DNA of 64,000 bases from an uncultured Candidatus Saccharibacteria bacterium (GCA_964566795.1 CAZMIU010000001.1:15388-79387), one strand, 5' to 3'; positions 31,012-39,701 are shown, counted from the stretch's first letter. Notes: generated from the letters alone by a model not told the origin. A program made the numbers and translations.

Positions 31012-32301
31012 ATGGCTCAACTACCGAATCGTGTTGAAGACGTACTCCTGAACCGGGTGTACGTCTTAAGCGACCACACTGGCAATTTGCGGTGGCATAT
31101 CGAGGATCCGGCGACTAAACGTCCCGGGAACTTCGTATCAGAGCCCACTGTACAGGCTGCTTACGCGGCTGCAGCGGCTCGCGCTGCTGCAACACCGCAG
31201 CCTGCTCCGCGTCTGACGGTTGTACCTCAGCCTGCACCGGCTCCGGCCCCTGCAGCTGCGGCGCCGCCCGCTCCGCCTCCGCCGCCTGTGGCTCCGCCAC
31301 CGGCTGCGGCAGCACCGACTCCGACTCCGCCTCCGGCTGGTCCGGCAGCGGCTCCTCAACAGGCCAACCCAACCCCATCCGGGGCTGGACAGGCCCCACA
31401 GGAGAACAAAATGCGTGCAGCAGGATTTATTCTCGCCGGCGTCATCGTGTTGCTGGTCGGTTTCTGGGCGCTTACGCGCTTTGCAACCGATTCAGACAAG
31501 GCGGTTACCGGTGTCGGCGAGCGGCGCATTGCCGAAATCGCCGGCGCCACCTTCGACCAGCGGATCAAACCGCTGACGGCCGACGTCGAGCGTCTCCAGA
31601 AGAAGACCGAAAATCTGGAGAACGCGCTCGCCAACCTTGACACCAAGGTCGGGCGGGTGGAAGACAAGGTGATGGCCGGCATTAAGGATGTGCTGGAGCG
31701 TCTGAACAAGACTCCCAACACTGCGCCGGCTCCGACCACCCCGTCTGCTCCGGCGATGTCTGCTCTCGAGCAACAGCGTCTGGCGACGGTCAGGGCAGAG
31801 TGCCTGCCTGAGGATCAGCAGAATCTGAACCTCAGCGACTCTCTGGGTGATGAGCAATTCAAGGCTCTCATCGCCCACTGCAAGGCCAACAAGCTGGCCA
31901 AGCAGCGAGTCGTCAGCCCTCCTCCGGCCGTAAACGGCCCGCAGGTCGCCCAAGGCGACCCGCAGGCTGAGTTGGACGAGGAGGAGGACCCGGCGCAAGC
32001 CGGCGAGCCCCAAGTCCAACAGGCTGGCTACGGCTACGGTCGCCCGGGCTTTGGCCCAGGCTTCGGTGCTCCTCATCACGGCGCACGCCGTGGCGGTCCG
32101 CGTTGCCCCCCTGGGAGCAGGTTTGAGCCGCAATTCGGCAAGTGCATTGGGACCAGGCTGCACCATGTGCCGCTGCATCCTGAGGCACGCGCCGCCTTCC
32201 CGACGTGTCAAAACATCGAGACACGGGAAGTGTGGAAGAACGGGAGGCTCACCCAGCAGCAACGCGGCATTGGATGCCGCCGTCCTCCCGGGGCGTACTA
32301 A
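31012..32301 (+). CDS. Pro/Ala-rich membrane protein with coiled-coil (hypothetical)
   Basis: 429-aa ORF containing a Pro/Ala-rich low-complexity region, a central TM helix (AAGFILAGVIVLLVGFWAL), a coiled-coil segment and a Cys-containing C-terminus. Promoter TTGACA-17-TATACT lies at 30909-30937. Confidence 0.55.
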   Translation: MAQLPNRVEDVLLNRVYVLSDHTGNLRWHIEDPATKRPGNFVSEPTVQAAYAAAAARAAATPQPAPRLTVVPQPAPAPAPAAAAPPAPPPPPVAPPPAAAAPTPTPPPAGPAAAPQQANPTPSGAGQAPQENKMRAAGFILAGVIVLLVGFWALTRFATDSDKAVTGVGERRIAEIAGATFDQRIKPLTADVERLQKKTENLENALANLDTKVGRVEDKVMAGIKDVLERLNKTPNTAPAPTTPSAPAMSALEQQRLATVRAECLPEDQQNLNLSDSLGDEQFKALIAHCKANKLAKQRVVSPPPAVNGPQVAQGDPQAELDEEEDPAQAGEPQVQQAGYGYGRPGFGPGFGAPHHGARRGGPRCPPGSRFEPQFGKCIGTRLHHVPLHPEARAAFPTCQNIETREVWKNGRLTQQQRGIGCRRPPGAY

Positions 32302-32454
32302 CTACCTTGGGCGCTTTGCGCCCAAGGCGGGGCTACTACTTCAGTAGCCCCTCATTCTCTGAGCTTAACCTTATGGTTGAGCCCGGAGCGTGAGTATTGA
32401 CACTATTATTAGGATCTGGTAAGGTTCGAGCGTTTATAAGGAGCAAATAATTAT

Positions 32455-33486
32455 ATGAATATCATTACTAAAAACGTCCTCGGTTCGGCTATTGCCCTCG
32501 CGGCTTTTGCCTTGCCGGTAGCCCCTGCACTTGCAGCCGATTTTGACCTGGGCGGCTACGACACCGGCTGGTTTGATACCGGCTACTACGACAGCTACGC
32601 TCCGTCGTATGACACCTCGTACGACACCGGTTGGTACGACACCGGGTACTACGATACCTACTCTCCGACCTATGACACCGGTTGGTACGACACCGGCTAC
32701 TACGATACCTACTCTCCGACCTACGACACCTACGGTGGCTACTCCACCCCGTCGTTCAGCTATCCGACCTTTGGCGGCACCACCCCGATCTACACCTCTG
32801 CGGCAAACCAGCAGTACCGCCAGTATGTTGCCCCGCAGCTCCCGACCTTTGTCCAGCCCAACGTATCTAATGCCTGCACCGCAGTTAACTCCTGCAACAC
32901 AGACAACAGCTACACCGACAACAGCGTCTACGCTCCTGACAACAGCTACACCTACACCAACACGGTAACCGACAACAGCGTATACAGCGCACCGGTTACG
33001 GTCACTGCTCCGACCACCATCTCCTACGGCCCGGTTACTACCACCCACGACAGCCATAACCAGCAGATCAGCTACCCGGCTCCGCAGTACCAGGCACCTG
33101 TGTTCCCGCAGTATCAGCACCAGTATCAGTATCAGGGCCAGTACCAGCAGCCGCCGGTATACTACCCGCAGCCGCAGCGCCCGGTGACCTACAACCAGAC
33201 CCCGTACGTAACGCTCTCGAGCCTCCCGTACACCGGTCTTGATCTCGGGCCCGTAGGCGAGGTTATCTATTGGACCTTCCTCGTGCTCTGGTGCCTTGCA
33301 GCCGCGTACCTCATCGCAGTTAAGCGCGTGCAGAACAAGGTTGTCTCCGCTCTTAACAGCTTCCTCTTTGGTTCTAAGGCAGTAGTTGCCACCTCGGCTC
33401 CGGCGCCCCGCGCAATGGCCGCAGCATCTGCTCCCTTGGTTGAGGAGGGCATCGACCCCTTCATCGCAAGCCAGATCAAGCGCTAA
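32455..33486 (+). CDS. secreted Tyr-rich repeat protein with LPYTG + TM + KR sorting-like signal
   Basis: Signal peptide, then YDTGWYDTGYYDTYSPT tandem repeats. Near the C-terminus LPYTG is followed by the hydrophobic helix VIYWTFLVLWCLAAAYLIAV and KR. A strong SD (AAGGAG) lies upstream and a terminator at 33531-33559. Confidence 0.65.
   Translation: MNIITKNVLGSAIALAAFALPVAPALAADFDLGGYDTGWFDTGYYDSYAPSYDTSYDTGWYDTGYYDTYSPTYDTGWYDTGYYDTYSPTYDTYGGYSTPSFSYPTFGGTTPIYTSAANQQYRQYVAPQLPTFVQPNVSNACTAVNSCNTDNSYTDNSVYAPDNSYTYTNTVTDNSVYSAPVTVTAPTTISYGPVTTTHDSHNQQISYPAPQYQAPVFPQYQHQYQYQGQYQQPPVYYPQPQRPVTYNQTPYVTLSSLPYTGLDLGPVGEVIYWTFLVLWCLAAAYLIAVKRVQNKVVSALNSFLFGSKAVVATSAPAPRAMAAASAPLVEEGIDPFIASQIKR
32560..32733 (+). 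repeat. 51-nt (17-aa) tandem coding repeat inside Tyr-rich protein gene
   Basis: The unit GGTTGGTACGACACCGG(G/C)TACTACGATACCTACTCTCCGACCTA(T/C)GACACC occurs twice in tandem (32629-32679 and 32680-32730), with a degenerate copy before them. Confidence 0.8.
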
Positions 33487-33530
33487 GCCCCTAGTCCTAG
33501 GGCGTGAGTGTCCCGCAACTATTTAAGAAA

Positions 33531-33559
33531 CCCCATCACGAAAGTGATGGGGTTTCTTA
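33531..33559 (+). terminator. rho-independent terminator after 32455..33486
   Basis: CCCCATCAC-gaaa-GTGATGGGG followed by TTTCTTA. Confidence 0.75.
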
Positions 33560-33597
33560 TTGCTAACTTCATGAGTTTTTTGTACTATGGCCCAGTT

Positions 33598-33999
33598 ATG
33601 AAATACGCCATATCAACGCTCGCTCTCGCAGCTTTTTTGGTCCCTTCGTCGGCCCTTGCCATCTGCAACGGCGTAGGCAACGCGTGCTCGTACGCCTACG
33701 ACTACACGGCCTCCTACAGTCAGCCGTCTAACCGCTACTACTCGCCTCAGCAGCAGTATGCCTACCACCAGCCTCAGCAGTATAGCTATGGCTACCAGCA
33801 GCCCTACCCCTATTACGGCGGCGGATACGGCTATGGCGGTTACGGCTACTCAGGCTACAGCCAACCGCAGCCTATCTACTTCCCGGTATACAACACCTAC
33901 ATCCCGAACCTGACGCCAAACTACGGCGGCTACGGATACGGTCAGCAGTACGGCGGCTACGGCTACGGCTACGGCTGCGGAACCTACACTTGCTACTAA
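33598..33999 (+). CDS. small secreted Gly/Tyr-rich protein
   Basis: The start is chosen at MKYAISTLALAAFLVPSSALA (signal peptide). The track ORF begins at 33508 but overlaps the upstream terminator. The protein has GYGYGGYGY repeats. A terminator lies at 34016-34039. Confidence 0.55.
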   Translation: MKYAISTLALAAFLVPSSALAICNGVGNACSYAYDYTASYSQPSNRYYSPQQQYAYHQPQQYSYGYQQPYPYYGGGYGYGGYGYSGYSQPQPIYFPVYNTYIPNLTPNYGGYGYGQQYGGYGYGYGCGTYTCY

Positions 34000-34015
34000 A
34001 TAAAACAATCAAAAA

Positions 34016-34039
34016 CCCCGGCCAAGTGCCGGGGTTTTT
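34016..34039 (+). terminator. rho-independent terminator after 33598..33999
   Basis: CCCCGGC-caagt-GCCGGGG followed by TTTTT. Confidence 0.8.
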
Positions 34040-34043
34040 GATA

Positions 34044-34122
34044 GCGTAAAAGAAAAGTTCCTACAAAAGGGAGTTGGGGTCGTGTTCATCTCTCCCTTTT
34101 TAGGAAGCTTTTCTTTTTACGC
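34044..34122. other. long imperfect inverted repeat (~29-bp arms, 18-nt loop) overlapping thrS stop codon
   Basis: The left arm GCGTAAAAGAAAAGTTCCTACAAAAGGGAG (34044-34073) pairs with the right arm CTCCCTTTTTAGGAAGCTTTTCTTTTTACGC (34092-34122). Confidence 0.6.
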
Positions 34123-35325
34123 CCGGGCCTTAATTTCGTCTGAGAGTTTTTTGACAATGTCTTGAATCGGCATGGCACCCAGTTTGCCCTCACGGCCCTC
34201 CAAAGTGACGGTGCCTGCTGCGACCTCGGCGTCGCCAATTACCAAGAGGTATGGCACTTTGCGGGTCTTGGCCTCGCGGATCTTTTTGCCCAGAGACTCG
34301 GCAGAGTAGTCGGCCTCGGCGCGGATACCCGCCTCGCGGAGCCTCTCGAGCGTGTCCTGTGCAAACGCGGCGTGCGCCTCACCAATTGGGATTACGACTG
34401 CCTGTACGGGGCTCAGCCACGTGGGGAAGGTGCCTCCAAAGTGCTCAATGAGTATGGCGGCGCAGCGCTCGATGGAGCCTGCGATTGCGGCGTGGATCAT
34501 AACAATGCGCTCCTTCTCGCCGGCCTCATTAACGCAGGTAAGGTCAAAGCGCTCGGGGATGTTCATGTCGAGCTGGATGGTGGCTACCTGCCACTCGCGG
34601 CCCGCGGCATTCTGGGCCATAAAGTCGAGCTTGGGGCCATAGAGTGCAGCCTCGCCCGGGCCCTCAAAGGTGTCTGCGCCGCGCTCAGTCGCAAGCGACC
34701 TGAGCTCGCTCTCTGCCTGGTCCCAGACCTCCGGTGTGCCAATGTACTTCTCAGGGGTAGCCGGATCGCGGAAGGAGAGGCGCACGCGCAAGGTAAAGCC
34801 AAAGGTCTTGTAGAAGGTGTCTACAATGTCCCAGATCTTGAGGAACTCCTCGCGCACTTGGGCTGAGCGGCAAAAGACGTGTGCGTCGTCCTGGGTTATG
34901 GACAAGACGCGGGTGAGCCCGCCGAGCTCCCCGGACTGCTCGTCGCGGTAGACCATGGTGGTCTCGGCGTAGCGCTGCGGCATCTCGCGGTAGGAGTGGG
35001 GCTTGCGGTCAAAAATCTGCGTGTGGTGCGGGCAGTTCATCGGCTTCATCGCGTACTGCCGGCCCTCGCGCGCCGTGATCTTAAAGAGGTCCTCGGCAAA
35101 CTTGTCCCAATGCCCGCTGCGCTCGTACAGCTCGCGCTTGGTGATGTGGGGGATGGTGACGCGCTCGTAGCCGCGTGCCTCGCGCATCTCCCAGATAAAT
35201 TTATCTATCTCGTTGCGGAAGACAGTGCCCTTTGGGGTCCACAAGGGGAGCCCGGGGCCCACAAGGTCGCTAAAGGTAAAAAGGTCGAGTTCTTTGCCGA
35301 TGATCCTATGATCTCTCTCTTCCAT
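34117..35325 (-). CDS. thrS: threonyl-tRNA synthetase (catalytic + anticodon-binding domains only)
   Basis: MKPMNCPHH, the class II motifs and the C-terminal anticodon-binding domain are present. At 402 aa it lacks the N-terminal TGS/editing domains. Confidence 0.85.
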   Translation of the reverse strand: MEERDHRIIGKELDLFTFSDLVGPGLPLWTPKGTVFRNEIDKFIWEMREARGYERVTIPHITKRELYERSGHWDKFAEDLFKITAREGRQYAMKPMNCPHHTQIFDRKPHSYREMPQRYAETTMVYRDEQSGELGGLTRVLSITQDDAHVFCRSAQVREEFLKIWDIVDTFYKTFGFTLRVRLSFRDPATPEKYIGTPEVWDQAESELRSLATERGADTFEGPGEAALYGPKLDFMAQNAAGREWQVATIQLDMNIPERFDLTCVNEAGEKERIVMIHAAIAGSIERCAAILIEHFGGTFPTWLSPVQAVVIPIGEAHAAFAQDTLERLREAGIRAEADYSAESLGKKIREAKTRKVPYLLVIGDAEVAAGTVTLEGREGKLGAMPIQDIVKKLSDEIKARA

Positions 35326-35399
35326 AATGTACCTATACTACATCGCTTTTGTGTTTTGAAAAGAGAATGCGCCGGCCCTAAAGTAGGGTCGGCGCCAGG

Positions 35400-35594
35400 T
35401 CATGCTGCTGTAGCTGCTGCTTTGTCGAGACCAAGCTCGATGCGCCACTGTGCAAGTGCCGCGGCCTGTTGTGGTGTGCGGACGTATCCGCGCAGTACCG
35501 GCAAACACGCAGGGCAGGCTTCTTTTGCATACGCACCGTCTGAGCGGTATGTGTTGCCACAGCTGCAAACACTAAACTCCTTCTGTTCGGCCAT
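35400..35594 (-). CDS. small zinc-ribbon protein (hypothetical)
   Basis: The start is chosen at MAEQKEF, with GGGGGAG 7 nt upstream. It has CSCG...CPAC Cys pairs and lies just upstream of thrS on the same strand. Confidence 0.35.
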   Translation of the reverse strand: MAEQKEFSVCSCGNTYRSDGAYAKEACPACLPVLRGYVRTPQQAAALAQWRIELGLDKAAATAA

Positions 35595-35636
35595 AGGCAT
35601 CTCCCCCGGTTCTTTATCTGACAACTGTTATATCAC

Positions 35637-35674
35637 ATAAAAAGAAACCGCCGAGCCCTTGGTGGGGGCTCGGC
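35637..35674 (-). terminator. rho-independent terminator (minus strand) downstream of dnaE-proximal small ORF
   Basis: The stem is GCCGAGCCC / GGGCTCGGC with loop TTGGTGG. On the minus strand it is followed by UUUCUUUUU. Confidence 0.6.
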
Positions 35675-35681
35675 GTGTGTT

Positions 35682-35864
35682 TCAGGAACAGCGTATGGAT
35701 CTGATCCTGGGGTAGCAGGTCGGACACCTAGGTGTCCTGAAGCTTGATCTGCAGTGGCACGTGGTCCACTCGCGTGACAGCAGTTCGCCGTCTGCGGTGT
35801 GTGTCGGCAAGACGATCGGCTTGCCGCGTGCGCTTTGTTCAATTTGCTCTTGTGTACGGAACAT
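35682..35864 (-). CDS. small Cys-containing ORF (speculative)
   Basis: 60-aa ORF with GGGGGA 5 nt upstream of the ATG. It is followed on the minus strand by a hairpin plus U-tract terminator (35637-35674). Confidence 0.25.
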   Translation of the reverse strand: MFRTQEQIEQSARGKPIVLPTHTADGELLSREWTTCHCRSSFRTPRCPTCYPRIRSIRCS

Positions 35865-35936
35865 TTAGGTCCCCCTGTGATGACTGAGTAAATAGTACCC
35901 CCAAACTGGCCAAAAGTCAAGTTTTACCACCCCCAA

Positions 35937-36086
35937 GGCCCGACCTTGCCGCAAGGTCGAACCTTGCGGAGAATTTAGAGCGCTTTGAGGGTCTCGTGGG
36001 GGCTGGGGATTGTCGCAAGGTCGAACCTTGCGGTTAATGTCTCGTGGGGACTGGGGACTACCGCAAGGTCGAACCTTGCGGTTAAA
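35937..36086. repeat. tandem ~48-nt direct repeats each carrying the stem-loop CCGCAAGG-TCGAA-CCTTGCGG
   Basis: Two full units, 35991-36038 and 36039-36086, are ~87% identical, and a partial unit lies at 35937-35990. Stem-loops sit at 35949-35969, ~36013-36033 and 36061-36081. The last unit overlaps the dnaE stop at 36082-36084. There are no spacers. Confidence 0.8.
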
Positions 36087-39066
36087 GGGGTTTGATGGCC
36101 TCGGTCACTATAGAGAACTCGCCGTTGCGGTTGGAGACCCGGCCTTTGATGGCTACCACGGCCTCGGGTCTCAGTATCGCCTTGTACTCCACATACGACT
36201 TGGGAAATACGACAGCTTCTACCGCGCCCGAAAAGTCGGCGAGTTTGATAAACGCCATCTGGTCGCCGTTTTTAGTCAGGAGCACACGCAGGTCCTCGAC
36301 CATGCCGGCAATGACGGTAGTAGTGCCCGGGTAGGAGCGCTCCTTTATCTGGGCCAGGTTAAGCGGGCGCTTGCTGAGTTTGTCTTTAAACCTATCAAGC
36401 GGATGCCCGGAGATATAGAGGCCCAAGAGTTCCTTTTCCCAGGCCAACTTCTGCTCCACCGGAGCGTCGGGCTCTTTTTGGAGCCTCAGCTCGCTTGCCT
36501 CGCTCATCCCGGCAAAGAGAGAGTCGTGCATATGGTCGAGCATCGCGTCTTTGTGGAACTGGAGCATCACCTCGATATGGGTGAGCATAGTGCCGCGCTC
36601 GCCCAATGAGTCGAGTGCGCCGCACATGATAAGGCTCTCGAGGCCTTTTTTGTTGAGCCCCTGGTCTTTGACCCGGCTTAAAAAGTTGGACACAGAGGTG
36701 TAGGGGCCATGTGCCTTGCGCTCCGCGATGATAGAGTCGGCCACCCCGCGGCCAAAGTTTTTTATAGAATAGAGCCCAAAGCGTATGGAGTTTTGCTCCT
36801 TAAGCACGGTAAAGTCGCCAAAACTCTCATTGATATCCGGCGCTAAGACAGGCAGGCCCATGCGCTTGCACTCCGCGACCATAACGGAGACCTTGTCGAC
36901 GTCGCCGGCGTCTGCCGTTAAGACGGCGGTCATGTACTCCACCGGGTAGTTGGCCTTCATGTAGGCGGTCTGATATGAGACGCGGCCGTAGCTCGCGGAG
37001 TGCGCCTTGTTAAAGCCGTACGCGGCAAACGGCTCTATCCACGCCCACACCTGCTCGGCCTTTTTCTGTGGCCATTTGGAGTGCTCGACACAGCCCTTGA
37101 TAAACTTGTCGCGCTGGGCGGCCATCTCCTCGGGGATTTTTTTGCCCACGGCCTTTCTAAACTTGTCCACGTCGCCCCAGCCGTAGCCCGCCAGGTCATG
37201 CGCCATGATGAGGAGGTCGTCCTGGTACACCAAAATGCCGTAGCTTGCTTCTAGTATCGGTTTCATCGCGGGGTCCAGGTAGCGGATGAGTGCCGGGTTG
37301 TGCTTGCGCTCGATATACTGCGGGATAAACTGCATCGGGCCCGGGCGGTACAGCGCCACCATGGCGTTGATGTCGTGGATGGAGGTAGGGCGGAGCTCTT
37401 TGAGGAAGCGTGTCATGCCAGAGCCGTTTAACTGGAAGGTGGCCTCGGTCTCTCCGCGCGTGAGCATGTCAAAGGTTAGCTTGTCGTCAAGCGGTATGGC
37501 CTCGATGTCGAGCACAATACCGCTTGTTTTCTCTACAAGCTTTACGGCGTTGGCCAAGATGGTGAGGTTGCGTATGCCGAGAAAGTCGAACTTGGTGAGC
37601 CCCGCGCCGTCCTCGCCCACGGAGTACATGTCGTACTGGGTGATAATCTTGCCGCCCTTGGGGTCCACTTGCAGTGGCGTAAACTCTACAAGCGGGGTGG
37701 GCGATATAACCACACCCGCGGCGTGCACGCCCACGTGCCGGGCACACCCCTCGATCTTTTTGCCCATGTCGATAATGTCGCGCACCTGTGCGTCGGCCTT
37801 GTACATTTTTGCAAGTTCCGGGTTTTCCTCCAGCGCGCGCTCAAGCGTCATGGGGAAGCCCTGCGAGCCCATGGGTATCTCCTTGGCAATCGCGTCGCCC
37901 AGGCCATAGGGGTAGCCCAGGGCGCGCGCCACATCGCGTACCACGCCGCGCGCCAGCATGGTGCCAAAGGTGCCAATCTGCGCCACGTGGGCTTCGCCAT
38001 ACTTTTTACGGGCGTACTCGATAACCTCGTCGCGCCTGTCGTCGGCAAAGTCCATGTCGATATCCGGCGCCGAGGGGCGCTCCGGGTTTAAAAAGCGCTC
38101 AAACGGGATCTTGTAGGAAAGTGGCTCGATCTTGGTGATCTGCAGCACGTACGTGACCATCGAGCCCGCAACCGAACCGCGGATGTTTGTATAAATGGTA
38201 TGCTCGCGCGCATACCGGATAAGGTCCTCCACCACCAAAAAGTACGCGGCGTAGCCTTTAAACTTGATAATCCCGAGCTCGTACTCGAGGCGCTCCATGA
38301 CGTCATCCCGGCCCTCAAGGCCGCGCACCGCAACGCCCTTAAGGCACAGCTCGCGCAGCCGGTCGTCTGGTGTCACGCCCTCGGGGAGCTCAAAGTGCGG
38401 GAACACGAACTTGCCCAGTGTGAGCTCGAGGTTGCACTTGTCTGCAATCTCTTGTGATGTGGCGAGTGCGTCCTCGCCAAACTCCCCAAGCATCTGCGTT
38501 GCGTCCCAAAACGAGTAGTCTATCTCCTCGCCATCCATGCTGGTATCGTTCTCGACCGGCCCGCGGTTTTCAATCGCGCGCATGGTCTCCCACGCGCGGC
38601 GGTCTTCGGGCGAGAGGTAGTACACCTCGTGCGTGGGCAGCATATAGTAGTCGCTGCCCCAGCGCTTTTTGTGTGCAGCACTGAGGTTGGAGTCTGTGCG
38701 CTCAATCGCGATCAACCCCTCTTTGTGCTTGTCGAGCATCGGCGCTGATATCGGCACGCCCTGGGGGTCGGCGATATGCGAGTCTGACACGAGCTTCATT
38801 AGGTTTTTGTAGCCCACCAGGTCCTTGGCAAGCAGCAGCAGCCGGTGGTTGTCCTCAAGCGTGGCGTCGAGCCCGATGATGGGCTTGATCTCCTTTTTTC
38901 GGCACTCCATGTAAAACTCTATGGCGCCGTAGAGGTTGTCGAGGTCTGTGAGAGCCAGCGCTGTGTGGCCCTCTGCCTTGGCCTTTTTGAGCAGGTCGGG
39001 GATTTTGGGCAGAGCCCTTAGGAGGGAGTAGTGCGAGTGGACATGCAGTGGTACAAAGCTCGCCAT
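36082..39066 (-). CDS. dnaE: DNA polymerase III alpha subunit
   Basis: The PHP domain N-terminus (LHVHSHYSLL) and the polymerase core (PDIDMDF, GYGFNKAHSASY) are present. Length is 994 aa. Confidence 0.95.
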   Translation of the reverse strand: MASFVPLHVHSHYSLLRALPKIPDLLKKAKAEGHTALALTDLDNLYGAIEFYMECRKKEIKPIIGLDATLEDNHRLLLLAKDLVGYKNLMKLVSDSHIADPQGVPISAPMLDKHKEGLIAIERTDSNLSAAHKKRWGSDYYMLPTHEVYYLSPEDRRAWETMRAIENRGPVENDTSMDGEEIDYSFWDATQMLGEFGEDALATSQEIADKCNLELTLGKFVFPHFELPEGVTPDDRLRELCLKGVAVRGLEGRDDVMERLEYELGIIKFKGYAAYFLVVEDLIRYAREHTIYTNIRGSVAGSMVTYVLQITKIEPLSYKIPFERFLNPERPSAPDIDMDFADDRRDEVIEYARKKYGEAHVAQIGTFGTMLARGVVRDVARALGYPYGLGDAIAKEIPMGSQGFPMTLERALEENPELAKMYKADAQVRDIIDMGKKIEGCARHVGVHAAGVVISPTPLVEFTPLQVDPKGGKIITQYDMYSVGEDGAGLTKFDFLGIRNLTILANAVKLVEKTSGIVLDIEAIPLDDKLTFDMLTRGETEATFQLNGSGMTRFLKELRPTSIHDINAMVALYRPGPMQFIPQYIERKHNPALIRYLDPAMKPILEASYGILVYQDDLLIMAHDLAGYGWGDVDKFRKAVGKKIPEEMAAQRDKFIKGCVEHSKWPQKKAEQVWAWIEPFAAYGFNKAHSASYGRVSYQTAYMKANYPVEYMTAVLTADAGDVDKVSVMVAECKRMGLPVLAPDINESFGDFTVLKEQNSIRFGLYSIKNFGRGVADSIIAERKAHGPYTSVSNFLSRVKDQGLNKKGLESLIMCGALDSLGERGTMLTHIEVMLQFHKDAMLDHMHDSLFAGMSEASELRLQKEPDAPVEQKLAWEKELLGLYISGHPLDRFKDKLSKRPLNLAQIKERSYPGTTTVIAGMVEDLRVLLTKNGDQMAFIKLADFSGAVEAVVFPKSYVEYKAILRPEAVVAIKGRVSNRNGEFSIVTEAIKPL

Positions 39067-39089
39067 ATACTCCGAGTATACTAGCGGGG

Positions 39090-39701
39090 ATGAAGACCTG
39101 GCTAGTTGGGGTTGATGAGGCGGGCAGGGGGCCTTTGGCTGGCCCGGTGGCGGTCGGGGTGGTTGCCGTACCCACGAGGCTAAACCTCGTGGAGATATTC
39201 CCGGGGCTCAACGATTCAAAAAAACTGAGTGAGGCCAAGCGCGAGGAGATATATAAGGAGGCCCAGAGGTTGGCCAGGCTTGGAGTGCTGAGATATATCG
39301 TAGGGCTTTCGTCGGCTGGCTACATAGACACGCATGGCATAACCCTGGCGGTGAGGCGCAAGGTATGGAGCGGGGTTAGGAGCGTGGCCACTCCGGAGGA
39401 TAGTTTTGTAAAACTCGACGGGCTCTTGGTTGCGCCGCCGGAGTACCGGCAAAAGACCATTATTAAAGGAGACGCGCTCGAGCCGGTGATATCGCTCGCG
39501 TCTGTTATGGCCAAGGTGAGGCGCGACCGGCTCATGAAGCGGCTGGCAAAAGAGTATCCGGCCTGGGGCTTTGAGGTGCACAAGGGCTATGGCACACAGA
39601 GGCATCGCGATGCAATAGGGGAGCATGGGTTGTGCGAGCTCCACCGGAGGAGTTTTTGCAGCGTGTACAACTCATTTGACGATGTGGCAAGGCAGGAGTA
39701 G
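39090..39701 (+). CDS. rnhB: ribonuclease HII
   Basis: LVGVDEAGRGPLAGPVAV matches the RNase HII catalytic motif. The start is M15 of the track ORF. Confidence 0.9.
   Translation: MKTWLVGVDEAGRGPLAGPVAVGVVAVPTRLNLVEIFPGLNDSKKLSEAKREEIYKEAQRLARLGVLRYIVGLSSAGYIDTHGITLAVRRKVWSGVRSVATPEDSFVKLDGLLVAPPEYRQKTIIKGDALEPVISLASVMAKVRRDRLMKRLAKEYPAWGFEVHKGYGTQRHRDAIGEHGLCELHRRSFCSVYNSFDDVARQE

Noticed and set aside
31012-33999. Horizontally acquired island inferred from codon usage
   Set aside because: The shift to GCT/CCG/CGT codons is visible but confounded by the extreme amino-acid bias of these proteins. The evidence is insufficient without statistics, so it is only mentioned inside the sortase-locus finding.
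35937-36086. Possible CRISPR array
   Set aside because: The repeats are contiguous with no unique spacers, and no cas genes are nearby. It was classed as a tandem repeat instead.
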